From assembly GCF_009914755.1 (NCBI RefSeq), contig NC_060929.1: a stretch of 64,000 bases of DNA; one strand, given 5' to 3'. Origin of the DNA: the human T2T-CHM13v2.0 reference genome, Homo sapiens. Every line of letters starts with the position of its first letter. Position 1 is the stretch's first letter. A program made the translations under genes and the position numbers. Below are positions 50,562 through 64,000 of the stretch, one piece after another. The notes below the pieces were generated by a model. It saw only the letters and a program-made list of their open reading frames with translations. It ran no database searches and was not told where the DNA came from.

Positions 50562-50749
50562 AGAAAGAAAAGCTAATACGATTGATAAAGAAGTATGCAA
50601 TTGTGAAATCTCAGGTGAGACTGGTTTTTCTTGGGTGTGTGGGTGTAGGGGTGTGTGTGTGTGTTTTGTGCTTGTTAAAAATACCCAAAACAGTGCCTGA
50701 GATTTCACAATCGCATACTTCTTTATCAATCGTGTTAGCTTTTCTTTCT
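50562..50749. repeat. Inverted repeat, 54-bp arms (52/54 match), 80-bp spacer
   Basis: 50562-50615 is the reverse complement of 50696-50749. Confidence 0.95.
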
Positions 50750-50909
50750 CAAGCCAGACTGGTTTTTCTTGGGTGTATGGGTATAGGCGCGCGTGTGTGT
50801 GTGTGTGTGGTGTGTGTGTGTGTGTTTTGTGCCTGTTAAAAATGTGTGTGTGTGTGTGTGTGTGGTATGTGTGTGTGTGTTTTGTGCCTGTTAGAAATAA
50901 CCAAAACAG
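50618..50909. repeat. Direct repeat unit containing (GT)n microsatellite, 2 full + 1 partial copies
   Basis: agactggtttttcttgggtgt...(gt)n ttttgtgc(t/c)tgtta at 50618, 50756 and partial at 50844. Confidence 0.9.
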
Positions 50910-51440
50910 GTGTTTCAACTACAACTTTGTGAAACTCAAACGAACAAGTATAGGCAAGTACGTAAACAAGCAAAACTTCTCTTAAGTCATACTCAAGAAT
51001 GACATGGTGGATTTAGAACGTTCTCTGTTTTATCATGGTATTACTGAATTAGCTAATAATACAGATTTATTAATGTATTTCTTTAGTCTACTTAATATTT
51101 ATTAACAGAAGTCAAAGACTAGCTTAAATTATATGAATGTACCTTATATATTTATATAAAAAAGACTTTCTATAGGTTTATCATTAGATAGCCTCACATT
51201 TACAAAGAATAACTGATTTACAAATGTTCGTACTAAGAATTTACCCAAAAAGTTATAACAAAAATCAACATTGAAACTTTTATAAGTTGGGGTTTTATAA
51301 TCCAATGTTATTTCAAAAATCCTTTTATTTAGATCATTAAAAAGGTATTTATTATGAAGCAAAACCTAAATAAAAAATCGAAATGTGTTTTATGAAAAAG
51401 GGTATATTTTTGATGTAGTTAACAATGAAAAATATTTATC

Positions 51441-51733
<293 letters not shown>

Positions 51734-51947
51734 AGTAATATTTATCATAGCAAATACCCTTAGTACAACTAAAGTGTTAAAAATAAAAATTATTTCAAAA
51801 ATTTACATATGAACTGCTTTAATCTTTATCATCCAAATAATGTTCAATGTTTCAGTAACTAATGTCACATGTCAACTTTTTTTTTAAGGTATTGTCAACA
51901 ATCTCTTACCTAGTCCTCCATGGACAGGTAAACATTAGGGATCTTAC

Positions 51948-52064
51948 CTTGTGCTGTTCAATGGCATCTATCCATTGCTGTCTATGATCTGGATCCTGAG
52001 CACGAAGATACCAAACACTATCATTTACACTAATATCAAATCGACATTCATCAAAATCGTGAGG
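51948..52064 (-). CDS. CERT1: CERT1 coding exon (exon 3), C-terminal half of PH domain
   Basis: 117 nt, phase 0/0; translates [39 protein letters not shown], matching CERT as recalled; acceptor tttttctccacag, donor AAG|GTAAGA. Confidence 0.98.
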
Positions 52065-52371
52065 CTGTGGAGAAAAAGTAGAAAATGAAAAGCAAAGCTA
52101 ATTATATCCTTAGAAGTGTTACACCCCAAAGCCAAAACATGAACATACTCATTCTGTGCTGGTGGGAGACTTGTTACTTTTTATTTTTCTGCTCAAATAA
52201 CTTGTCTGAAGATAAGAATGTACAAAGGCACAGTTACCAAAAGCCAAATTTCACTCACTACTCTTACAAATGAGTTGTCACATATGCTACAAACATCTAT
52301 TTCTAAAACAGAGCTGATATTTTTCATCAAATGCTTTGAGTTAACTAGTGAGAACACCACCAAAAGGATAA

Positions 52372-52985
52372 CTTTTATTTTTATTTATTTTTGAGGTGAG
52401 GGTCTTGCTCTATTGCCCAGGTTGGAGTGCAATGGCATGAACACAGCCTCACTCCAGCCTTGAACTCCTGGGTTCAGGTGATCCTCATGCCTCCCAACTG
52501 GGACTACTGGCACATACCACCATGCCCTGCTAATTTTTAAAATTTTTTAAAAATGTAGGCTTGCTGGCTGGGCACGGTGGCTCATGCATGTAATCCCAGC
52601 ACTTTGGAAGGCCAAGGCAGGTGGGTCACGAGGTCAGGAGTTCAAGACCAGCCTGGCCAAGATGGTGAAATCCTGTCTCTACTAAAAATACAAAAATCAG
52701 CTGGGCGTGGTGGTGGGCACCTGTAATCCCAGCTACTTGGGAGGCTGAGGCAGAGAATTGCTTAAACCCGGGAGGCCGAGGTTTCAGTGAGCCGAGATTG
52801 CGCCACTGCTCTCCAGCCTGGGTGACAGAGTGAGTCCTCCGTCTCAAAAAAAAAAAAAAAAAAAAAAAAAAAGATGGAGCCTTGCTATGTTGCCCAGGCT
52901 GGTCTCGAACTCCTGGCCTTAAACAATCCTCCCACCTTGGCCTCTCATGTTGCTGGGGTTACAGGCACAAGCTATTGTGCCGAGC
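52372..52985 (-). mobile_element. Old Alu (AluJ-like) split in its middle A-rich linker by a + strand AluS (52566-52872)
   Basis: Minus right arm 52372-52550, plus full Alu, minus left arm 52873-52985. Confidence 0.9.
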
Positions 52986-54015
52986 TAAAAGCATATATAT
53001 TTTTTAAGGCCAAAATAAGTTTTAGAGTAGACATTTACTACTTTTTTCTTACTCCATTATTCAAAAGTAAATGCCCATTAATAATTTTATTTCATTAAAT
53101 ATTCTTGATATCTCATTTATCAAATCTTATGAAATTTAACAAAGCAAGATAAAAATGTTAACATTTCCCTTTAAGTATCTAAAATTAACTTCTAGGCTTT
53201 TACATGTCTTTGATAGTAACAACCAGGAGCACTTCCAGCTAAAGGAAAAAAATAAAATGAATATTACATAAGATCTACATGAGCTATCTAGAGAAAACTC
53301 CGCATTAAGGTGTAAACATTTAGTGAAAATGTCAACTTTTTGATTCAGTGCTCTTGACTCAAGAATATAAAAAATGAATGTTTTACATCCTTGTTTTTAA
53401 TCTCAATAAATGAATTAAAATATGACAGGAATACATCACATTTACCACCTCTTTTTCCACCAGATACAGTAGAGAGAGTCAATCAATATCCTCTCCTAAA
53501 AAGATTCTTAACCTTGGAGGGAAAAGAATCCGCTCTGGGCAACACGACAGTGAACTTATTTGCTTAACACAATTTACATCCTGTACTCCTCCCAGGGTTT
53601 ATTGTTTATTCTCTCCCTCCCTTAACAACATCCACCTTTTATCTCATCAGTTTATTTAGCAAACACAATATAAACTAACTCTACCATTTTCTTTAGGCTA
53701 TGAAACAACTTAAGATAAGAAATCATGGTTCTGACTGATTAAAGGATTCAAGTTAAATTTCCTGAATCAGTATGTGCTGGACAATAATAAACCTACAAAT
53801 GAGAAGTAGAGTGTGCTAGAAAGAAGCAAAAGGGAAAAACAATGCATATCCTGCTTCAGTAATTATAAATACAGAAAGACATAAGCGATAACGTCCAACA
53901 TTCATAAATAATGATCATAAATTTAACTGAATTATAAATATCCAGGCATGTTAAGAATCAAGTCTAATTACTGAGAATAGCTTCTTGGAGGAAATGAAAC
54001 ATATGCTATGTAAAG

Positions 54016-54353
54016 CAGGAGTCCCCAGACTCTAGGTCACAAACCCGTGCCAGTCCATGGGCTGTTAGTAACTGGGCCGCACAGCAGGCAGTAAGCAGCA
54101 GGCAAGCAAGCATTACCACCTGAGCTCTGCCTCCTGTCAGATCAGCAGCGGCATTAGATCCTCATAGGAGCACAAACCCTACAACGAACTGTGTATACAA
54201 AGGATCTAGGTTGTTCGCTCCTTATGAGAATCTAATGGTTGATGATCTGAGGTGGAAGAGTTTCATCCCAAAGCCATCCCCCGTCACCCACTACATGGAA
54301 AAATTGTCTTTCATGAAACTGGTCCCTGGTGCCAAAAAGATTGGGAAATGCTA
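54016..54353 (+). mobile_element. MER1B (hAT-Charlie MITE)
   Basis: caggagtcccc...cctgtcagatcagcagcggcattagat...ggtccctggtgccaaaaagattggg; 8-bp TSD atgtaaag/atctaaag. Confidence 0.9.
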
Positions 54354-54859
54354 ATCTAAAGAACCAAATAAAGTAAAGCAGATGATCAGTCTATTGCTGT
54401 AAGTAGCCCAGGAGTTTTAAACTTTTACTCCATGATAATTCCCATTATATTTCCAGCCAGTATTTCTTAAAATGTTTTACATTTTGTAATGTGTTAAATA
54501 TACTTATTAAAGTTTTAGAAAAATAAAAGAACATATAGCTCATAATTCACCATTTTCTCTGGCAAACACCTTCTTATGCAGACAAGGGAGCCATTTCTAC
54601 CATCTATGATCTGGAGCATAGGTGGCACAGAAGAGAAAAGCATGAATTGTAAGTGGTATAGAAAGTCTGTGAATAACACAAAAGTTTTACATCTCAACAA
54701 AGTGAAAAAAAAAAAAAAAACGAGAGAAGATGAGTCTACAGGGCAAAGGAAATGACAGATTTGGTTAAGAGGATGTATTATGCAATAAAGCTCACATCAC
54801 TATATTACACACACATATGTGCCCCAAACTTCTAACAGATTGTTTCATTCAGTAACAAT

Positions 54860-55033
54860 CAATCCTGTCTTTATTAAAAATTTTGATATTTTGCTCATTA
54901 TACAGTAATTTAGTCCTTTTAAAAAATATTGCAATAAAATATTTATCTTGATTATTGAGTTTTTTCTTGCTTCCTTAAATTTTGTGATTGAGGTAAGTTC
55001 CTCACTGGTCTCATTTTCCTTGTTTTGGTGCTG
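54860..55033. mobile_element. MER91-like hAT MITE fragment
   Basis: aatattgcaataaaatatttatcttgattattgagtttttt...ccttaaattttgtg...gaggtaagttcctcact. Confidence 0.6.
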
Positions 55034-55126
55034 AGAAGTAATTATTAGAAAGAAACAAATGTAGGATAGAGGCCAAAATTAGATGGAAAACATTGAGAGG
55101 TGATAAATATAAGATATGATCTAAGG

Positions 55127-55462
55127 CAGCAGTCCACAAACTTTTTGGGACCAGGGATCGGTTTCATGGAAGACAGTTTTTCCAAAGACAGGTTGCGGGG
55201 AATGGTTCTGGGATGAAACTGTTCCACCTTGATCATCAGGCATTAGATTCTCATAAGGAGCGTGCAACCTAGATCCCTCGCATAAATAGTTCACGATAGG
55301 GTTTGCACTCCTATGAGAATCTAATGCTGCTGCTGATCTGACAGGAGGCAGAGCTCAGGAGGTAATGTCGGCTTGCCTGACACTCACCTCCTGGTGTGCG
55401 GCCTGGTTCCTAACAGGCCATGGACTGGTACTGGTCTGTGGCCCAGGGTTTGAGGACCCCCG
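55127..55462 (-). mobile_element. MER1B (hAT-Charlie MITE), opposite orientation
   Basis: Reverse complement of the 54016 element; 8-bp TSD atctaagg/atctaaag. Confidence 0.9.
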
Positions 55463-55608
55463 ATCTAAAGGAAAAAAAGACTAAAAAGTTTAAAGAAGAA
55501 TTAAGGTGACAAGTGATGAAAAGAGGGCTGACAGAGTTAAAAAAACAAAAAACAGAGTTAAAAACGTGGGAAACAACAACAAAAAGCCAGGTTTAAAAAG
55601 TCATGGAT

Positions 55609-55960
<352 letters not shown>

Positions 55961-56516
55961 TCAAAGGAGATAAAGCAAATACTTTAGCTGGTGTTTTCAA
56001 ACATGAAAATATAACATACATAACAGAAAGACACACTATGCCCAGGAAAAACAGACACAGAAAGATTAACACGAATATATATTCTGTAAAGTTAATTAAT
56101 TTCAAGAATAAAGGAAATGCTATAGGACACTGTTTCTCAAGGTTTTTGCATTACCAAACCCTCTACCCCACAATTAAATACTAAGGATAAGATTTTTGTC
56201 CATTAGAATTTTTTGGGGCCATAAACCATTGTTTTATCTATGATTTCAACCCTCCCGAAGAACCAAGTATCACCACCACTAAGAATGCATGCTACAGGAA
56301 AAAGACATCTATAAAAAAGTGGGTTCCATATTTTCTCATGTCAACACTCACTGTTAAGGACAAAAAAATTTCAAAAGGTGAATAAATCCATGGCACTTAT
56401 ACCTACTCCCTACCAAAATAACCTTATAGGAACAAAAGAGACATAAATGTCCAAAAGAAAAAGAAAAAACTTATCACCAAAATTCACAGTTGGAATGTGG
56501 TAAATGACTTAACAGG

Positions 56517-57011
56517 TGTTACCAAAACACCAGGGGTTTGGTCTAGGTCCTGCTGCTCACAGCACAGCAAGCCAATCACTGAGACAATGATTATTGCCAG
56601 GGAAGAAGGCTTTATAGGGTGCTAAAGTTGAGACGGGAGGTCAGTCTCAAATCTATCTCCCCGATTAACTAAAATCAGGGGTCTATAGAGGAGGGAAGAA
56701 ATATAACCATGTGTGGAAACATAAGACTTAGGGAGGGGTAAGGAAAAGGAGTTGCTCAACAGGAAGCAGGTGGTTGGTTAGGCACTTATGCCAGGTAAGA
56801 GTTCTGGCATCTCATTGTCCAGATGCAGTGATCTGGTAAGTTTTCAGTTCTTTGATACTACCTGGGAGGCCTGATGGTTGGCTTCCTGAGAAAGGAATTC
56901 AGATAAGACAAATGTAACTTTCTCAAGTTTCAAGACTGGGAGGGTCAAGTGCTAGGTTTATGCAAAAGAAACCATAAACATCAGTTCTATGGGAAAACTG
57001 GACCAGTTTCA
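56517..57011 (-). mobile_element. Solo LTR, LOR1-like (ERV1)
   Basis: TG...CA termini, 495 bp, perfect 4-bp TSD cagg; minus start tgaaactggtccagttttcccatagaactgatgtttatgg. Confidence 0.8.
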
Positions 57012-57462
57012 CAGGCTTGAGAAAACTGAAAATTAAAAATCTACCAGGGAAAAGAAGACAAAAGAATCAAGCCAATTTGCACACAACATTGGAGAAGTAA
57101 AGGAACTGGAGGCAGCAGGTAGCACTAGAGGTTAAGGCATGGATGGAGCTGAGACCAGAATTGACTGAGTCATTAAAAGGTGCAACTAGACCCCTGAAAC
57201 CCCACATGCCCATCCCAAGCATTGGTGACTACTCACCTACCGCATAGTAACATTAGAGGCCCTACTCTCCACCCTCTGGACAGACTAAATCAGACATTCT
57301 TACAGAGAATAGGGTACAGGGTGCTATGGGGGATGCGGGTGAAGGCAAGCAGATAAAGAAAAGTCTTCATATTTAAGGCCTCTTTCCCCTTCTTGGCACC
57401 CAGAAGGCTAGGGCCCAAACTTGCATTGTTGCCCAGGGTGGTCTGGTAAAGACTTGAGCAGT

Positions 57463-57760
57463 GTTTTTTGTTTGTTTTTTGGACACAGCGTCTCACTTTG
57501 TGACCTAGGCTGGAGTGGTGCAATCTTGGCTCACTGCAACCTCTGCCTCCTGGGCTCACATGATCCTCCCACCTCAGCCTCTGGAGTAGCTGAGACCACA
57601 GATGCATGCCACTACACCTGGATAATTTTTGTATTTTTTGTAGAAACAAGGTCTTGCCATGTTGCCCAGGCCCTGGTCTCGAGCTCCTGGACTCACACAA
57701 CCCATCTGCCTTGATCTCCCAAAGTGCTGGGACTAGAGGCATGAGCCACCGCAAGTGGCC
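57463..57760 (-). mobile_element. Alu (AluJ-like)
   Basis: Diverged dimer. Confidence 0.9.
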
Positions 57761-58369
57761 CGGAGTTTTATACTCAGAATTTTAGGTTCTCTTTCTCTGG
57801 CGCTGTAATTTAGGATTATCTCCTTACTATCTAGGTTCTTTTGCCTGGTTCCTACAGCTAAAATGATGGCAGGTTTTCTTTAATGGAGTTTTAGCTCTCT
57901 CACATCTCTGCCATGACGGACATGGTTCAGACTGCTCTCAGTCAGGTGCACACATGCATGGTTCAGGAGTCAACCAGAGACTTGAAGAGTTTATATATAC
58001 AATTCTGAGATCCCTTCCTCTAGCTCTCTCCTTTTTCAAGTTTTCAACTTGCTTTCTAATAGCCCTGGTTAAAGCAAGTAACTTTCCCAGGTTCTACCAG
58101 TCAGAAAAATGGTTGGCTGATTTTTCTGTTAGAGTTACAGACACTTAGCACCACCATCACAATGGAGATTTGACCCTATTCTACCCTGACAGTAGGATAT
58201 CTGATAATTTCCAAATATCCTGCCAAACACTTGTGAGGCTGAAGACTTAAAATTGTCTAAGTCTAGCATCTCTTTTCTGTTTTTACAAATAAACACAAAA
58301 TATTAGAATTTCTTTACTCAACAAGACAGCTAAATGAATCCTATTAGGTACAAACAAGATGAATCAATC

Positions 58370-58930
58370 AGTGCTCTATATTGTAAGCCACAGAAATTGA
58401 TTCTTGCTCACTTAAGAAGAAAAGGAATTCATTTAGAAGGTATTAGGCAGTTCATATTGCTAAGAAATACAAAGAACTGAGATCAGAAAATGGAAAGGAG
58501 CCAGGGTAGACTAGGCAACAAAAACCCCTGCTGGGATTGCACCACAGGTGCCATTTGTATGGACAGGACTGCTTCCACTTCTGGACCCTGTAAAGCCACT
58601 ACTGGCACTGCTTCTACTGGAAACTGCATTCTCCTGCTGCCAGCACTATCAGAAGAAAAACTTCCTGTCTCTTGATTCTCTGTATTGGTCCTGTTATAGA
58701 ATCAAAGTAAGGCTGGAGAGGAAAACAAGGAAAAGGGGGGGTAGAGAAGGACAGCGCAACATTCTGATAGTTTAGGCCTAATTCATATGCCCATATGCTA
58801 ACTAAGGGGAGTTAACAAGATAGGAGATTGTAGGATAGAGGAAGCAATTAAGTATCTGGTCTTTACAGATCATTTGAAGGAGACCTTCCACTCACATAGT
58901 GGGGAATTCCTCAAAAGCAAAAAGGATTTT
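58370..58930 (-). mobile_element. Old MaLR LTR (MLT1L-like), degenerate
   Basis: ttgtaagccacagaaattgattcttgctcacttaagaagaaaaggaattcatttagaaggtattaggcagttca. Confidence 0.5.
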
Positions 58931-58949
58931 GATGATAAGAATGCCACTT

Positions 58950-59835
58950 AACAACCTATTATCTCTCTTAAATCCACCCTTCTATATACTGTTTTGTGCT
59001 ACTGGAACTGGGATGCTGCAAACTATATTTCTCCTCTGCCAGCCCCCTTTTATTGGGTTCTGTCAATGTGGGACATTAGATAAGGATTAGAAGCCAGGAA
59101 CAAGATAGAAGGAACTTGCACCTTGCTGTCTGCACACTGTTTCCATCAGCATCTGCCCAGCAAAAGTCCTTAGCCCTGGCAGTGGCAGTCAGTTCCACTC
59201 AAAAGGTTCTTTTAAAACTCCCTGGACCAGCTTCATCTAGATACCTCAGAGATGCCAGTACCAGCTACGCATGCGCCACTTCTTAGTTGTATGAGGTGTC
59301 GCTCCACAACATTTCCTTTACAGATTAGTGGGATATTCGAGTATAAGATACACGAGCTATAATCCCCCTTCTAGATGTCTGAGACCCAGCTGCACAAAGC
59401 ACTTCCTTTAAGCTTCTGAGATAACAAGAGCAGATAAAGAGCAACCCTCTCCAGCTGAGCCTCAACTCTTCAGAGATCCTTTCTCTGAGTTCCGGAAGTA
59501 CTCATTAGCTAGGTGGCCCTTTCAGCTCAGAGGTTTATTAAGCCTCATTCCAGGAGGGTCCTAAGGTAATGGTACAAACACCAGCAGGCAGCAACTTTTC
59601 TTCTGAGTCCCACCTCTGCAGGACTATCCCTCCATACTTACAGGTTCTGATAACCCAAACCACTTCTCTTTGTTGCTGTAGTCTAAGAATTAGAAGCTGG
59701 TCCTTGCAATTATCACTTCTGTATTACCTCAATGTTTTTCTTTTATTCTTTCACTTCTCCCACAACTGTTTGAACAATTTCCTATATTAAACACTTTCTG
59801 CTAAAATATCTAATGTGGTTTCTGGTTCCAGGTGA
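58950..59835 (+). mobile_element. ERVL-class LTR (LTR33-like), degenerate
   Basis: aaatccacccttctatatactg...ctgcaaactatatttc; end ttcctatattaaacactttctgctaaaatatctaatgtggtttctg. Confidence 0.55.
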
Positions 59836-59869
59836 TCCTCTTTATTGAATGCTGAACATAAAATTCAGA

Positions 59870-60830
<961 letters not shown>

Positions 60831-61009
60831 CTTCTAAATTTTACAAGTTTTTGTAAGTGAAAAACTTAAACATTCAACAAAATGCAAAAAGTGGTTGGCC
60901 CTTAGTGTTAGAATTACAAGTGGTTTTCTTCTTTAGAAATTTTTGTATTTGGTAAGAGTTTGATAATGGATAGACATTACTTTTGTAATGAAACAAATTA
61001 ATGTTATAA

Positions 61010-64000
61010 GAAGGCAGAGCCAGATGGAGAAAGAGGACTCTCCAGTGATCATCCCCCTGTGGAAACATCATTTTGAATAACTATCCATGCATTAACACAT
61101 CTTCAAAAGAGCTGAGAAAACCAAGTGAAAGTTCACAATACCTGTTTATGGCATACTAATAAGAAAATACCCATTGAAGAGGGTAGAAAGGATAATTTTA
61201 CAGTATCTGTGTCAACCCTCCCACAATCCTACTCAGCAGAATGCAGAGATATCTCCTCTGCTTGAGGAAAAAAAGAGAAGTGTAGGACTTTCCCTTGGTT
61301 CCTAATACTGGGCCTGCCACAGTAAAAATCCAGTGCCAGGCAGACCCCTCATGGTAACTGAATCCAGGTTGGTATCTGTGAACTGAATCTCCTCACCTAT
61401 CCCAGTGACAGGTGGTAAACTATAGCCCTCACAAAATGGACTCAATCTCTGGCTCCCATCACTGCTGGATGATGACAGCAGCCTTAGGTTTCAGTCAAAC
61501 CTCAGTAACAGGTAGGCCTCATGATTTTCAGATGCACCCCAGAGCTGTGCCAGCCGTGGTAACAACAGATTCTAGTCTATTGTTATACTGACCATGGTAA
61601 TTCTGGGTACAGAAAGCCTAATGCTGTAACAGTTGCAACAGTCATGGGCTTAGAGATCACACCAGATGACCTGCCCAGGATCTAACAACATGCTTACTGA
61701 TAAAGAGCCAGATAAAGCCAGACTGCAAACATTCCAATAAGTACCTATTTCTTCAACATGCGGATATAGATGCACAACAGGAAGGATCCAGAACAACCAG
61801 GGAAACATGACCTTATCAAACAGACAAAATAAACTTCCAATGACAAACCCAAAAGAGATGGAGATGTCTCAAAAGTCTGACAAAGAATTCAAACAGCTAT
61901 TTTAAGGAAGCTCAATGAACTTCAAGAAAATACACAGAAACATTGAACAAAATGAGGAAAATAGCAAATGACAAGATGAGAAAATTAATGGATTGAAATA
62001 ATAATTAAAAGAAAATCAAACAGAAATACTGGAGCTGAAAAATACAATGAATAAAATGAAAAATGCAATAAAGAACATCAATAGCAAAATCAAAGAAGCA
62101 AAAGATCTGTGAACTTGAAGGCAGGTTATTTGAAAATATATGGTCAGGAAAAAAAGAAGTAAGATTGAAAAGGAATAAAAGAAAGCTTACGGAATTTATG
62201 AGATAGCATTAAAAGCAAATTTTTGAGTCATTAGAGTTCAAGAGGGAGTAGAGAAAGGCAAACAGGTAGAAAGGTTATTCAAAGAATAAGAACAGAAAAC
62301 TTTGCAAACCTGGATTCAAAATTTGGTAAAGAATATGCAATAATGATGTAAATTGTAACATCAAAAATTCAAAACACTGAGGGACAGTGTAGTAAAAAGA
62401 GTTTATTTTTAGGTTGTTATCAGTTTAAAATAACTATTTTTTTTTGTAAACCTTATGGTAATCACAAAGCAAAAAACCTGCAATAAATACAAAAAATAAA
62501 TATAAAGCAAGGAATCAAATGTACTATTAGAGATAATCACTTAGCCACAATGACAGTAAGAATAGAAAACAATTAGGAAACAAGTGGCAGCAGTTAAGCC
62601 CTTATCTATCAATACATAAATGCCTTAAATATAAATGGATTAAATTCTCCAATCAAAAGACACAGAGTGACTGGTTGGATTTTTAAAAAGACCCATCTAT
62701 ATATTGCCTATAAGGGACTCATTTCAACATATACATACTGAAAGTAAAGAGATTTAAAAAGATATTCTATGCAACTAGAAACCAAAAGACAGTAGGAATA
62801 GCTATACTTCTATCAGATGAAATAGACTTTAAGTCAAAAACTAAAAAAGAGACAAAGGTTATTATATATTGATAATTCAGCAAGAGGATATCACAATTAT
62901 AAATATAATATGCATCCAACACTGGAACACCTAAATATATAAAGCATATATTAACAGATCTGGAGAGAAAGACTACACACAATAATAGTAGGGAAATTCA
63001 ACACCTCACTTTCAGCAATGGACAGATCATCTAGAGAGAAAATTAACAAGAAAACATCAGAATTAAACTATACTCTGGACCAAATGGGCCTAACACATAT
63101 ACACAGAACATTTCAGTTGCAGAATATATTATTCTTCTTAACTACACATGGGACGTTCCTCACAATAGATATGTTAGACCACAAAACAAATCTTAACAAA
63201 TTTAAGAAAACTGAAATCATATAGAGTATCTTTTCTGACCACAATGGTATAAAACTAGAAGTCAATAAAAGGAGGAGCTTTGGAAAATTCACACATACAT
63301 GGAAATTAAACATCATGATCAAGTGATGCAATGATCCAACAATGGTTCAACACAAACAAATCAATAAATGTGGTACATCACATTAACAGAATTGATGGAC
63401 AAAAACCCTATGATCAATAGATGCAGAAAAAGCACTGGACAAAATTCAACATCCTTTCATAAAAACACTCAACAAATTAGTTATAGAAGAAATGTACCTC
63501 AACACACTAAAGGCCATATGCAACAACTCACAGCTAATACACTGAACAGGGAAAAGTTGAGCTTTTTCTCCAAGATCCTGAACAAGACAAGAATACCGAC
63601 TCTTGCAACTTCTATTCAGCATAGTACTAGAAGTCCTAGCCAGAACAATTAGGCAAGACAAAAGAAATAAATTAAATTGTCCCTGTCTGCAGATTACATG
63701 ACCCTTATATATAGAAAACCCTAAAGACTCCACCAAAATACCGTCAGAACTAATAAATGAATTCAGTAAGCTTGCAGGGAACAAAATCAACATAAAAAAA
63801 TCACTAGTGTTTTTATACACTAACAATGAACTATCTGGGGAAAAAAAAGAAGAAAATAATCCCATTTAGAATAGCTACAAAAAGAAAATAAAATACTTAG
63901 GAATAAATTCAACCAAGGAAGTGAAAGATCTCTACACTGAAAACTATAAAACATTCAAGAAAGAAATAGAAGACAAAAATAAATGGAATGAGATCCCATG
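61010..64000 (+). mobile_element. L1 (L1MA-like) 5' region, ORF1 and ORF2 remnants with internal deletions, running off the window
   Basis: ORF2-like MDRSSREKINKKTSELNYTLDQMGLTHIHRTF; degenerate FADDM region (ctgcagattacatgacc) ~63690; ORF1-like aaagaattcaaacagctattttaaggaagctcaatga. Confidence 0.9.

Noticed and set aside
50529-50985. His/Thr- and Cys/Val-rich ORFs on both strands
   Set aside because: Products of (GT)n/(CA)n repeats and the inverted duplication.

Overview
Primate (human-like) genomic DNA lying entirely inside CERT1 (COL4A3BP, ceramide transfer protein), which is transcribed on the minus strand. Six internal coding exons can be read with canonical AG/GT boundaries and consistent phases: 52064-51948, 19363-19256, 18384-18246, 12309-12226, 9918-9761 and 3988-3896 (exons 3-8 in the usual numbering, about residues 78-310). 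They encode the C-terminal half of the PH domain, the serine-repeat motif and the helical middle region. The rest is intron, dense in interspersed repeats: about 35 Alus, several L1 remnants, solo LTRs, MIR/L2, Tigger and hAT MITEs, and a near full-length dead Hsmar1 mariner inserted into a MIR. Nearly all ORFs in the supplied track are repeat-derived noise. I find no convincing new gene or system. The most unusual signals are three local templated duplications or inversions with similar (~3%) copy-to-copy divergence, including a 54-bp-stem hairpin near exon 3. Also notable are an age-inverted retrocopy nested in an LTR nested in an L1, a second strong 5' splice site that feeds an open alternative frame, and inverted repeat pairs (Alu around exon 8, MER1B pair). 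Repeat subfamily names are recalled from consensus sequences and repeat boundaries without TSD support are approximate.
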